From the NCBI GenBank assembly GCA_034440375.1, contig JAWXBZ010000122.1:1-59512 (forward strand): a stretch of DNA of 59,512 bases. The letters run 5' to 3'. The DNA is from Candidatus Eiseniibacteriota bacterium (GTDB lineage Bacteria; Eisenbacteria; RBG-16-71-46; JABDJR01; JAWXBZ01). A program made the position numbers and the translations under genes. Below are positions 25,014 to 34,636 of this stretch, in pieces. The notes under the pieces were generated by a model. The model saw only the letters and a program-made list of their open reading frames with translations. It did not search any database and was not told the DNA's origin. Position 1 is the stretch's first letter. The number at the start of each line of letters is the position of its first letter.

Positions 25014-28000
25014 ATGCTGAACTCCATCATCAACTGGTCGATCCGTCATCGCTATCTCGTCATCTTCGGCAACCTGGTGCTGGCGGTGGTCGGTGGCTTC
25101 GCGTTTCTCCATCTGCCGATGGATGCGTTTCCGGATACCACTCCGGTGCAGGTGCAGGTCAATACCGTCGCGCCGGCCCTCTCGCCCCTGGAAATCGAAC
25201 GGACGATCACGTCTCCGGTGGAGCAGGCCATCTCGGGCCTCCCCGGGTTGAAAGAGGTTCGCTCGATCTCAAAGTTCGGCCTGTCGCAGGTAACGGCCAT
25301 ATTCGACGAAGGGGCCGAGATTTACCTGGCCCGCCAGGTCGTGATGGAGCGTGTGCAGTCCGTCGCCCTGCCGCCCGAGATTGAGCGCCCCCAGCTTGGA
25401 CCGGTCGCCACCGGACTCGGCGAGGTCTTCCACTACCTGGTCACCGGCAAGGACAAGAGTCTCGTCGAACTTCGCACGGTTCACGACTGGATCGTGCGGC
25501 CTCAAATGAGGACCGTGCCTGGCGTGGCGGAGGTGAATACCTGGGGCGGAGATGAGCGACAGATCCAGGTCATCGTGGATCCGGCGACCCTGGCGCGATA
25601 CGACCTGAGCATCTCGCAGGTGGCGGAGATCCTTGAACGGAACAATGCCAACGTTGGTGGAGGCTCACTCGACCAGTCGGGTCAATCAAGCGTCATTCAA
25701 GGCATCGGAATCGTCACCAGCCTTGCGGATATCCAGAACATCATTGTTGCCAGCCACGAGGGTATTCCCACGCGGATTCGCGACATCGCCAGGGTCGTGG
25801 AGGGACGGGAGATCCGTCGGGGGGCCGTCACCGCCGATGCCACCGGCGAGGTCGTCCTGGGGCTCGGATTCATGCTGATGGGTGAGAACAGTCACGATGT
25901 CACCCGAAATCTGAAACTCCGACTCGACGAGGTGCGGAAGAGCCTTCCGGCGGGAATCGAAGTCGCGGCGGTCTACGATCGCACCGAACTGGTCGACAAG
26001 GTCCTGCATACGGTCAGGAACAATCTCTTCGAAGGGGCTCTGCTCGTCATTGCCGTCCTGTTTATTTTTCTCGGCAACTTCAGAGCCGGGTTGATCGTGG
26101 CGGCCGCGATTCCACTCTCGATGCTCTTCGCGTTCAATTTCATGCTGCGCGCCGGGATCGCTGGGACGCTCATGAGCCTTGGCGCCATCGACTTCGGCCT
26201 GATCGTCGACAGCTCCGTCATCATGGTCGAGAACTCCGTGAAGAGGCTCTCCGAGAACAAGGGAAAGGCATCGACGGAAGATGTCGTCCGCGAAGCGGCG
26301 ATCGAGGTCCGACGGCCGACGATGTTTGGCGAACTGATCATCATGATCGTTTATCTTCCGATCCTGGCCCTGGAGGGAATCGAGGGAAAACTCTTTCGCC
26401 CGATGGCGTTGACCGTCATCTTTGCCCTGTTCGGGTCCATGGTTCTGTCCCTGACCCTCATGCCGGCGCTGTGCGCGACGTTTCTTCCCAAAACGATTTC
26501 CGACAAGGAAAATGGAATCGTCGGATTTCTGCGACGAATCTACCGCCCCGGGCTGCAGTTTGCCCTGAATCGGCCGCGATTGATCCTGACCGTGGCCATC
26601 GTGATGCTGACGAGCGCGGCCATTCTTTCCACCCGACTCGGTTCCGAATTCGTTCCCCGGCTTCGTGAAGGCGCCATCGTCATCAATACCGTTCGCCTGG
26701 CGGGCATCTCTCTCGATGAGTCGGTACGATACGGAACGCAGATCGAACGGACGTTGCTCGCGAAGTTTCCAAACGAGATTAAACGAGTCTGGAGTCGGAC
26801 CGGAACGGCCGAAGTGGCCACGGATCCGATGGGGCTCGAACTCACCGACGTTTTCATCACGCTCAAGGACAGAAAGCATTGGAAGACCGTCCGGACCCAG
26901 GACGATCTGGTCCGGGCCATGGAGTCGGAATTGTCGTCCATGCCGGCCATGCGGATGGTGTTCACCCAGCCGATCGAAATGCGGGTGAATGAGATGATCG
27001 CCGGGATCCGCGCGGATGTCGGTGTCAAACTGTTTGGCGACGACTTTCAGATACTGAAGGCCAAGGCGCGGGAAATCGAGACCGTCATGCGCGGCATTCC
27101 GGGCACAGCCGACGCGTTTTCCGAACAGGTGACCGGCTCGCCCATCGTTCAGATCGATATTGACCGGGAAGCGATCGCCCGCCATGGAATCGCCGCCAGA
27201 GAAGTTCTCGATGTGATCGAGGCCCTTGGCTCGAGGCCGGCGGGAATGCTCCAGGAAGGGGATCGGCGGTTTCCGATCACGGTGCGAATCGACGATCGCT
27301 ACAAGGGAGACATCCAATCCCTGGGGAGCATACTGGTCGTCTCAGCCACCGGAGATCGCGTTCCCCTGGGCCGATTGACAAAAATCACATCGACGGAGGG
27401 GCCGTCCACCATCAATCGTGAATGGGCGAAGCGTCGGGTTGTGATCCAGGCCAATGTCCGCGGTCGTGACGTCGGGAGTTACGTATCCGAGTTGAAGGCC
27501 GTGATCGACCGGCAGGTAAGCCTGCCGGCCGGGTACTATGTGCGCTTCGGAGGACAGTTCGAACACCTGGAACGAGCCAGGGCCCGGCTGCTCATCGTGG
27601 TTCCCATTGCGCTGGCCCTGATCTTCGGGCTGCTTTACATGACCTATCATCGGGTTCAGGACGCCCTGCGCGTCTTCACGGGGGTTCCGTTCGCCGCCGT
27701 CGGTGGGATCGTGGCCTTGTGGCTCCGGGACATGCCGTTCAGCATTTCGGCCGCCGTTGGCTTCATCGCGCTCTCGGGGGTGTCCGTCCTCGGCGACATG
27801 GTCCTCGTCTCGACAATTCGCCAGAACCTGGAGCAGGGGATCGGCATTCGGCAGGCCATCGAGCAGGCGGCCGACCGGCGGCTGCGTCCGGTGCTCATGA
27901 CGGCACTGGTGGCGAGCCTGGGATTCGTCCCCATGGCCTTCAATACCGGGATCGGCGCCGAAGTTCAGCGTCCCCTTGCGACCGTGGTTATCGGGGGCTT

Positions 28001-28094
28001 GGTCACAAGCACGGTGCTGACCCTGTTCGTACTTCCGGTGCTCTACAGCCTGATTGGGCGGGCGCCCGCCGCCCGACGTCGGACGATCAGGTAG
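25014..28094 (+). CDS. czcA: CzcA/CusA-family heavy-metal RND efflux transporter
   Basis: DAFPDTTPVQVQVNT, GPVATGLGEV, SLGAIDFGLIVD, RLRPVLMTALVASLGFVPMA; 1026 aa. Confidence 0.9.
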   Translation: MLNSIINWSIRHRYLVIFGNLVLAVVGGFAFLHLPMDAFPDTTPVQVQVNTVAPALSPLEIERTITSPVEQAISGLPGLKEVRSISKFGLSQVTAIFDEGAEIYLARQVVMERVQSVALPPEIERPQLGPVATGLGEVFHYLVTGKDKSLVELRTVHDWIVRPQMRTVPGVAEVNTWGGDERQIQVIVDPATLARYDLSISQVAEILERNNANVGGGSLDQSGQSSVIQGIGIVTSLADIQNIIVASHEGIPTRIRDIARVVEGREIRRGAVTADATGEVVLGLGFMLMGENSHDVTRNLKLRLDEVRKSLPAGIEVAAVYDRTELVDKVLHTVRNNLFEGALLVIAVLFIFLGNFRAGLIVAAAIPLSMLFAFNFMLRAGIAGTLMSLGAIDFGLIVDSSVIMVENSVKRLSENKGKASTEDVVREAAIEVRRPTMFGELIIMIVYLPILALEGIEGKLFRPMALTVIFALFGSMVLSLTLMPALCATFLPKTISDKENGIVGFLRRIYRPGLQFALNRPRLILTVAIVMLTSAAILSTRLGSEFVPRLREGAIVINTVRLAGISLDESVRYGTQIERTLLAKFPNEIKRVWSRTGTAEVATDPMGLELTDVFITLKDRKHWKTVRTQDDLVRAMESELSSMPAMRMVFTQPIEMRVNEMIAGIRADVGVKLFGDDFQILKAKAREIETVMRGIPGTADAFSEQVTGSPIVQIDIDREAIARHGIAAREVLDVIEALGSRPAGMLQEGDRRFPITVRIDDRYKGDIQSLGSILVVSATGDRVPLGRLTKITSTEGPSTINREWAKRRVVIQANVRGRDVGSYVSELKAVIDRQVSLPAGYYVRFGGQFEHLERARARLLIVVPIALALIFGLLYMTYHRVQDALRVFTGVPFAAVGGIVALWLRDMPFSISAAVGFIALSGVSVLGDMVLVSTIRQNLEQGIGIRQAIEQAADRRLRPVLMTALVASLGFVPMAFNTGIGAEVQRPLATVVIGGLVTSTVLTLFVLPVLYSLIGRAPAARRRTIR

Positions 28095-29443
28095 AACGGC
28101 GCCGCCAGCAGGACCAGCAGCAGCCCGTAGCCGACCTGCCACCCCTGTGACTTCAGATTGGCCGCGGCGAGGCTGGTCCAGAGGAGCAACAGCACGCCCG
28201 GCAGCACGGGCCATGCGGGGCAGAGGAACGGCCGCGAGCCATCCGGGGCGAGCAGCCCCTCCCGCCGCCGGATGCGGAACAGCCCCGCCGTGACCATGAT
28301 GTTGGCGAGGGCACCGATGAAAATGCTCACGGCGATCAGGGCCTCCAGGGTGCCGAACCAGGCGTAGGCCGTCCAGGTCACGGCAAACCAGAGGGTGGCG
28401 AGATCCGGCGTTCCGGCTCGATTGACCCGGGTCAGCGGCTCCGGCGCCAGGCCGGATCGGGCCAGCGCGTAGAGAACCCGCGGCGCCGTCAGAACCGCCC
28501 CGTTCAGGCTGCCGATCGCCGCCACGATAGCCACGACGAGAAACAGGGTGTACCCCCCCGCGCCGGCGAGGCGGCCGAGGATGTCCGATCCCGGCAGGTT
28601 GGCGGCGGCCAGCCCATCTCGTCCGAGCACATGGAGATAGGCGGCATTCACGAGCAGATATACCACCGTGAGGACAACAGCGCCGCCGATCAGCGACCGC
28701 GGCAGAACCCTCCGTGCGTCCTTTGCCTCCTCGGTCAGCGTCGTCGTGTTGGCGTACCCCTCAAACGTCCAGAGGACGCCTTGCAATGCCAGGCCGATGG
28801 CCAGGAGCGGCGCCAGCCAACCGGAACCCGAAAACGCCCCGGCCACGACCGCCGCGCCCGCGGGAATGTCACCCGACGAAATTGCCGGGAGCCAGAACGC
28901 CATCAGTGACACGCCGAGCAGGATGACCAGCTTGGTCCAGGTGAGCAGTTGCTGCATCCGTGCGCCGACCCGCACGCCAAGCCATGAAAGTCCGAATAAC
29001 CCCAGGGTCAGTGCGATGGCGGCCAACCGCCCCCCGGTGGCCGAAAGCTTGAGGCCCGGTGCCAGGTATTCGCCAAGAATGACCACCAGCGCGGCACTGG
29101 AAGCCGGGTCAACGATCAATGAAAAGGCCCAGCCATAGGCGAAGGCCGGAAATCGTCCCCACCCCTTTTCAATGTAGACGTACCAGCCGCCGGCCCGGGG
29201 GTAGCGGGTGGCCAATTCGGACAGGACCAGGGCATCACCGATGACCAGAAGACCTCCCAGGAGCCAGACCCCGAGGATGATCCAATCGGACGGCAGGAAG
29301 GACGCCACGTAACCGGGCGTGCGAAAAATGCCGGCGCCGATGGCAACGCCGATACCGACCGCCGCGCCGGACCAGACGCCAAGGACCTGCTGGAGCGGTC
29401 GCCTCGCTTGGACGAACACAGGACGGGCATTATTCGATTCCAT
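28043..29443 (-). CDS. APC-family amino acid permease
   Basis: GAGIFRTPG, ELATRYPRAGGWYVY, WTFEGY, EEAKDARRVLP; about 12 TM helices. Start reassigned to ATG 29443. Confidence 0.85.
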   Translation of the reverse strand: MESNNARPVFVQARRPLQQVLGVWSGAAVGIGVAIGAGIFRTPGYVASFLPSDWIILGVWLLGGLLVIGDALVLSELATRYPRAGGWYVYIEKGWGRFPAFAYGWAFSLIVDPASSAALVVILGEYLAPGLKLSATGGRLAAIALTLGLFGLSWLGVRVGARMQQLLTWTKLVILLGVSLMAFWLPAISSGDIPAGAAVVAGAFSGSGWLAPLLAIGLALQGVLWTFEGYANTTTLTEEAKDARRVLPRSLIGGAVVLTVVYLLVNAAYLHVLGRDGLAAANLPGSDILGRLAGAGGYTLFLVVAIVAAIGSLNGAVLTAPRVLYALARSGLAPEPLTRVNRAGTPDLATLWFAVTWTAYAWFGTLEALIAVSIFIGALANIMVTAGLFRIRRREGLLAPDGSRPFLCPAWPVLPGVLLLLWTSLAAANLKSQGWQVGYGLLLVLLAAPFYLIVRRRAAGARPIRL

Positions 29444-29450
29444 GGGGGGG

Positions 29451-29460
29451 CAGTATACTG
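29451..29460. promoter_or_regulatory. Palindromic bidirectional -10 element (CAGTATACTG)
   Basis: TATACT reads on both strands, centred in a 29-bp gap between divergent ATGs at 29443 and 29473. No SD on either side. Confidence 0.5.
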
Positions 29461-29472
29461 CGCGCACCTGCG

Positions 29473-32400
29473 ATGACTCACGACCCGATTGCAACCGACG
29501 CGCCACGCGACGATGAGACAGCGCCTGCCGCGCCAATCGAGGCGACCCAGTCGTTGACTCGTCGCTTTCCCGCATGGCTGATACCCGCCGTGCTGGCCCT
29601 GGTCCTGGTCGCATTCCTCATCTGGGAGGCTCGGACCTCGCGGGTGCAGGCGGCCGTCCTCTCGCGCATGACGGCGAAGCTGACCTACGCCATGGCGCTC
29701 GGCCCGACAGATTCGGTCATTTATCCAACCACCGGGCCGTACGACCTTCGCCGCGGCTACACGAAAATTCCGTCGTTCACCGACACGCTCCTCACCCAGG
29801 GGTATGTGGTGACCGGCCAGGCCCGCTTCTCGCAAGATCTGCTCAAGTTCACGAATGCCGGCCTGTTCCCGATCTACCATGAGAAAGCCCAGGCCGGCCT
29901 CCTCGTTTACGATCGCGGTCGGCGTCGAATCTACGGCTCCTCCTACCCCGAGCGGCTCTATGCCGATTTCGGGGCCATCCCCGACCTCGTCGTGCAAAGC
30001 CTTCTCTTCATCGAGAACCGCGAGTTGCTCGAACCGGGACGGCCTTTCAAGAACCCGGCCGTGGAGTGGGATCGGCTGGTGCGGGCGGTCTTCGATTACG
30101 TGGGGCACAAGTTTCGCCTGAAGGAAGAATCACCGGGCGGCAGCACGCTGGCCACGCAGATGGAAAAGTATCGTCACTCTCCGGAGGGGCGCACCTCCTC
30201 GGCCAACGACAAGATCATCCAGATGATCAGCGCCACGCTGCGGGCCTACCTGGACGGTCCGAACACGGAAGCCTCGCGCCGGGACATCGTTCACGAATTC
30301 GTGAATTCGGTGCCACTGGCCGCGCTCCCGGGCTACGGCGAGGTCAACGGCCTCGGAGACGGCCTGTGGGCCTGGTACGGGGCCGACTTTGAAACGGTCA
30401 ACCGGTTGCTCACGGGGCTGTCGTCCGGCACCCCGGTCACGGCGGAGTCGGCACGAGCCTTCAAGCAAGTCCTGTCGCTGTTCATTGCCCACCGGCGCCC
30501 AAGTTATTACCTGATTCAGAATCGCGAACGATTGGCGCACGATACGGATTCCTACATCCGGCTGCTGGCATCCGGACAGCTTGTCCCGGCAGATCTGCTG
30601 CAGGCTGCACTCAAGGCCCCGCTCAAATTCCGCGAGGAAACGCCCGACCTCGAGAGCCACACATGGGTCCAGCGCAAGGCGGCCAATGCCGTGCGGACCC
30701 GACTGCTGCAACTTCTCAATCTCAAGAACCTCTATGACCTCGACCGCGTTGACCTGACTGCGGCCACGACGCTGGATGCCGGGGTGCAGGAGGGTGTGAC
30801 GCGCACCTTGATCCGCCTGACCGACGCCGCCTTTGCCGACTCGGCCAACCTGCGCGGTGAGCGACTGTTGGCCAGTGGGGATCCGAAGGGGGTCATCTAC
30901 AGTTTCACGCTGTATGAGAAGTCGCCGCGCGGCAATCGCCTCGTCGTCCAGGCCGACAACTATGACCAGCCGCTCGACATCAACGAAGGGGCCAAGCTGG
31001 ACCTCGGTTCGACGGCCAAGTTACGGACGCTGGTCAACTATCTCGACATCGTCAGCCAGATCCATGCCGATCACGCGGGCACGACGGCCACACGGCTTCG
31101 CCGGGTCACCGTCGACAAGCAGGACGCCATCCAGCGCTGGGCCATCGACTGGCTGGCCACCGCCGGGGACACGAGCCTCGCCGCCATGCTCGACGCAGCC
31201 ATGAATCGCACCTATTCGTCGTCAACCGGCGAGCAATTCTTCACCTCCGGCGGACTTCTTACTTTCGGCAATTTCAACAAGAGCGACAATGGCAAGACCA
31301 TGACGCTGCGCGAGGCAACACGGCATTCGGTGAACCTGGTCTATATCCGACTGATGCGCGACATCGTCCGGCACTACACGAGTGAAATTCCGGATTTCAC
31401 CTCCGACATGTACGAGGAGCGCACACATCCCGCGCGGCGCCGGTATCTCGAACGCTTTGCCGACCGGGAAGGGAAGCAATTCCTGGCCAAGTTCCTGCCG
31501 CGATATCGCGGCAAGACGCCCGAGGAAATCCTCGATCGCATGGTCGAGGAGATCCGGCCCACCGCCACCCGGATGGCCATGATTTTTCGCGCCGTGAAGC
31601 CGGAAGCCCCGGTCAGCGACTTCCGCGCGTGGGTCCTGCGCACCTGGCCCGAGGGCCTCGCCACGGCTCGCGGCGAGACCGCCCTGCGCGATGCCTTCCA
31701 ACGGTATCCGAAGACGGCCTTCGACATCCACGACCGCGGCTACATCGCCCGGGTCCATCCGCTGGAACTCTGGCTGGTCGAGTATCTCTACAACAATCCC
31801 GCCGCCGGGTGGACTGACCTGGTGGCCGCCAGCACGCAGGAGCGGCAGGACGTATACAAATGGCTCTTCAACTCGAAAAGCCTGGAGGGGCAGAACAACC
31901 GGATCCGCGTCCTGGTTGAGGAGGAGGCCTTTCAAAAGGTGCACCTGGCCTGGAAGCGGCAGGGCTACCCTTTTTCCAGCCTCGTGCCGTCCTACGCCAC
32001 GTCCATTGGCTCGTCCGCCGATCGACCCGCCGCGCTGACCGAACTGATGGGGATCCTGGTCAATGACGGCCTTCGCCTGCCGCTCACCCGAATCGAGGCC
32101 ATGCACCTGGCCGCCGGCACCCCGTATGAAATCCGTTACGAGCAACGTCCGGTGACGGGCGAGCGCGTTTACCCGGCCGAACTGGCCCGGGTCGTCCGCA
32201 CCGCGCTCTTCGATGTGGTCGAAAACGGAACCGCCCGCCGCGCGTACGGGGCGTTCAAGACAAAAGATGGTGAGATCATTCCCGTTGGCGGCAAGACCGG
32301 CACCGGCGACCACCGCTACGACACCTACGCCCCGGGCGGCCGCCTCATCGAATCCCGCGTCGTCAATCGCACCGCCACCTTCGTCTTTCTCATCGGCGAC

Positions 32401-32622
32401 CGCTTCTTCGGCACGCTGACCGCCTACGTGGCCGGCCCCAAGGCGGCGGGCTACGCGTTCACGAGCTCGCTGCCGGTACAGATCTTGAAGACGCTGGCAC
32501 CGGCACTTGAGCCGTTGATCACGGCGGGCAGCGGGGACAGCACGGGCACCGGGGACCCTGAGGCCGCCGGAAGCTCGCAGGCAATCCACCTGGTGCCGCC
32601 CATCGACGAAGCCGGGGAGTAG
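29473..32622 (+). CDS. Bifunctional transglycosylase/transpeptidase (class A PBP-like) with large insertions
   Basis: N-terminal TM anchor; GT51-like LFIEN and GGSTLATQ; transpeptidase motifs STAK, SVN, KTGT. Confidence 0.8.
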   Translation: MTHDPIATDAPRDDETAPAAPIEATQSLTRRFPAWLIPAVLALVLVAFLIWEARTSRVQAAVLSRMTAKLTYAMALGPTDSVIYPTTGPYDLRRGYTKIPSFTDTLLTQGYVVTGQARFSQDLLKFTNAGLFPIYHEKAQAGLLVYDRGRRRIYGSSYPERLYADFGAIPDLVVQSLLFIENRELLEPGRPFKNPAVEWDRLVRAVFDYVGHKFRLKEESPGGSTLATQMEKYRHSPEGRTSSANDKIIQMISATLRAYLDGPNTEASRRDIVHEFVNSVPLAALPGYGEVNGLGDGLWAWYGADFETVNRLLTGLSSGTPVTAESARAFKQVLSLFIAHRRPSYYLIQNRERLAHDTDSYIRLLASGQLVPADLLQAALKAPLKFREETPDLESHTWVQRKAANAVRTRLLQLLNLKNLYDLDRVDLTAATTLDAGVQEGVTRTLIRLTDAAFADSANLRGERLLASGDPKGVIYSFTLYEKSPRGNRLVVQADNYDQPLDINEGAKLDLGSTAKLRTLVNYLDIVSQIHADHAGTTATRLRRVTVDKQDAIQRWAIDWLATAGDTSLAAMLDAAMNRTYSSSTGEQFFTSGGLLTFGNFNKSDNGKTMTLREATRHSVNLVYIRLMRDIVRHYTSEIPDFTSDMYEERTHPARRRYLERFADREGKQFLAKFLPRYRGKTPEEILDRMVEEIRPTATRMAMIFRAVKPEAPVSDFRAWVLRTWPEGLATARGETALRDAFQRYPKTAFDIHDRGYIARVHPLELWLVEYLYNNPAAGWTDLVAASTQERQDVYKWLFNSKSLEGQNNRIRVLVEEEAFQKVHLAWKRQGYPFSSLVPSYATSIGSSADRPAALTELMGILVNDGLRLPLTRIEAMHLAAGTPYEIRYEQRPVTGERVYPAELARVVRTALFDVVENGTARRAYGAFKTKDGEIIPVGGKTGTGDHRYDTYAPGGRLIESRVVNRTATFVFLIGDRFFGTLTAYVAGPKAAGYAFTSSLPVQILKTLAPALEPLITAGSGDSTGTGDPEAAGSSQAIHLVPPIDEAGE

Positions 32623-32883
32623 TCGCTCCGCAAGACGAGTTCAGCGCCCTGACACCGGACCGACTCCCCGGGTCATCCCCCCCGAACTGGCTGCGCGAGA
32701 TCTCCCAAAAACAGCCCCCGGTGAGACGTATCCGCCGCCCGGCACCCGGCAAGGACCACCAGGCCTCACCCGGGTTGGCGATTCGAAATTCGCGGGCAGT
32801 CTCAAATCCAATCAACAGTTAGCGCCGTATCAACTGCGTGCGCGCGGCACCCGAACGGCCCGTCCATGGCACCCGATCGACCG

Positions 32884-32900
32884 CTGGCACAGCGATTGCG
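32884..32900 (+). promoter_or_regulatory. sigma54 -24/-12 promoter
   Basis: CTGGCACAGCGATTGCG, a near-perfect TGGCAC-N5-TTGC. Confidence 0.6.
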
Positions 32901-32910
32901 ATACCTGTCC

Positions 32911-33190
32911 TTCGTCCGGATGACTTAAGAAGTCGGAAGGACCTGTACTTGAGAACGAGACGATGTTCTCTGCAGTGACCGCCACCTGCGTTGTCGGCTG
33001 GTCCCCCATTAATGGATGGATTACAGCGCAGCGAAGGAACGGCGCAAGCGGAGAGCATCCTCATCTTAAGGCGCGGCCGTCGACCCACCGTTGACGCGCC
33101 CCCTGACCCGACGGTCGCGCCGCCATTTGCACCCCGCGTGATAGCCCGCCAACGAAGCGGTCGGACCTGTTTTCGGGTCCGACCGCTTCA
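32911..33190 (+). ncRNA. Candidate sigma54-dependent small RNA (or micro-ORF transcript)
   Basis: Lies between a consensus sigma54 promoter and a 14-bp hairpin; no convincing long ORF; internal stem-loops. Confidence 0.3.
33154..33189. terminator. 14-bp perfect hairpin, likely a (bidirectional) terminator
   Basis: GAAGCGGTCGGACC-N8-GGTCCGACCGCTTC, 43 nt beyond the aminotransferase stop. U-tracts are weak. Confidence 0.6.
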
Positions 33191-33232
33191 CTGTTCTTGG
33201 ATCTGCGCCACGACGGCTCCAGCCGCCAGCCC

Positions 33233-34531
33233 TTACCCCCGCGCTTCCCCCAGGACCTCGCGCAACCGTGGAAACAACCCGTCCAGGTCCGTCGGCGCCA
33301 GAGCGCCAACCGACAAACGGAACCAGCCGGACTCTTCCTTCAACCCGAATGCCTGGAACGGCACAATGGCCATGGCGGCTTTTTTGAGGAGGAACTGGCG
33401 GATCTGTTCATTGGTGTCCAGTCGGGTGCCCGCCAGCGTCTTGCCGATCAGGTCGATGCGGGCGGACAGGTAGATGGCACCCTGGGGAGCGATGCTTTCG
33501 ACGGGGTAGCCGTCGTTTCGCATCGCCTCGAATCCCTCGTGCAGCGTCACCAGGCGCTTTTCGATGCCGTGCTTCAGGCAGAGCGAATAGGCTTCGAGGT
33601 TGGCCGAGTCAGCCAGGAAGCGGGCGCAGGCAATCTGCTCCGGGCGCGGGGCCCAGGCGCCGACATGGCCCAGGATATCCGAGAACGGCTTCATTACTTT
33701 TTCCGGGCCGACACACCAGCCGACGCGAAGACCGGTGGCGGCGAAGGCCTTGGACATGCCGTCGGTAAAGAGGGTGTAGTCCCTCATGCGCGGATCGATG
33801 GCCACGGGCGTGATGTGCGTCGTCGTGCCGAAGGTCAGCATCCAGTACACCTGATCGTACAGCAGCATGAGCGGGCGCTGGCCGGCCGCAGCGCGGCGGC
33901 CGTTCTCGTCCAGGATCATCTCGACGATCTTCCGCAACTCGTCCTCGGTGAACGCGGTGCCGGCCGGGTTGAGCGGGCTGTTGAGAATCAGCACGCGCGT
34001 CCCGGCGAGATGCGGTTTGAGATCACCGGCAGTTGGCAGAAAATTGGTTTCGCGCCGGGCGATGATCGGTTGCCCCCTGGCGCCGACAAGCCAGGCGTAG
34101 TGATTGTTGTTCCAGGACGGCACCGGATAGGCCAGCGTTTCGCCGGGATCGAGGAGCGTCCGGTAGGCGCAGTAGATGACCGGGCGAACACCGCCGGCTA
34201 TGACGACACTGGCGGTGGAGTAATCGAGGCCGAGTCGCTCGGCGTAGAAATTCCGCACCGCCTGGCGCAGTTCCGGCACGCCGTCCGACGGGGGGTAGTT
34301 CGTCTCCCCCTTGTCGTAGGCCTCGGCAATCCCCTGCTTCAGGACGCCGGGAATGCTGAAGACCGACGGCTTGAAATCGCCCACCGTCAGATTGACCACC
34401 GCTTCGCCGGCAGCAATCCGGGCCCGGATGTCGGCGGCAATCTTCAGTATTTCCGAACCGACGAGGCCATTGGCCATGGCGGAAACCGGCAAGTCGGTGG
34501 CGGCACCTGGAATCGTGGTCGGTTCAGTCAT
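33233..34531 (-). CDS. PLP-dependent aminotransferase class I/II
   Basis: NLTVGDF, YPPSDGVPELR, NSPLNPAG, YDQVY, DGMSKAFAATGLRVGW. Start reassigned to ATG 34531 (GGAG RBS). Confidence 0.9.
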   Translation of the reverse strand: MTEPTTIPGAATDLPVSAMANGLVGSEILKIAADIRARIAAGEAVVNLTVGDFKPSVFSIPGVLKQGIAEAYDKGETNYPPSDGVPELRQAVRNFYAERLGLDYSTASVVIAGGVRPVIYCAYRTLLDPGETLAYPVPSWNNNHYAWLVGARGQPIIARRETNFLPTAGDLKPHLAGTRVLILNSPLNPAGTAFTEDELRKIVEMILDENGRRAAAGQRPLMLLYDQVYWMLTFGTTTHITPVAIDPRMRDYTLFTDGMSKAFAATGLRVGWCVGPEKVMKPFSDILGHVGAWAPRPEQIACARFLADSANLEAYSLCLKHGIEKRLVTLHEGFEAMRNDGYPVESIAPQGAIYLSARIDLIGKTLAGTRLDTNEQIRQFLLKKAAMAIVPFQAFGLKEESGWFRLSVGALAPTDLDGLFPRLREVLGEARG

Positions 34532-34636
34532 GACATCTCCAGTGGTGAAATTCGGCGGGGGGAGAATAGCAGAAACAGCGCCCCTGGCCGGGGTGTCTGA
34601 CAAGCTTCGACATCTCTGCTATTTTCCACATCGACC

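Noticed and set aside
25686-27317. 543-aa minus-strand ORF, and similar long antisense ORFs over GSIII, PBP, kup, GH9 and the M4 gene
   Set aside because: Each is fully overlapped by a well-supported gene on the opposite strand and has no recognisable motifs.
32866-32882. A second TGGCAC upstream of the sigma54 site
   Set aside because: No GC at the -12 position (GG-N10-AC).
32991-33473. 160-aa plus-strand ORF downstream of the sigma54 promoter
   Set aside because: It runs through the terminator hairpin, overlaps the aminotransferase antisense, has no RBS and is Pro/Arg-rich.
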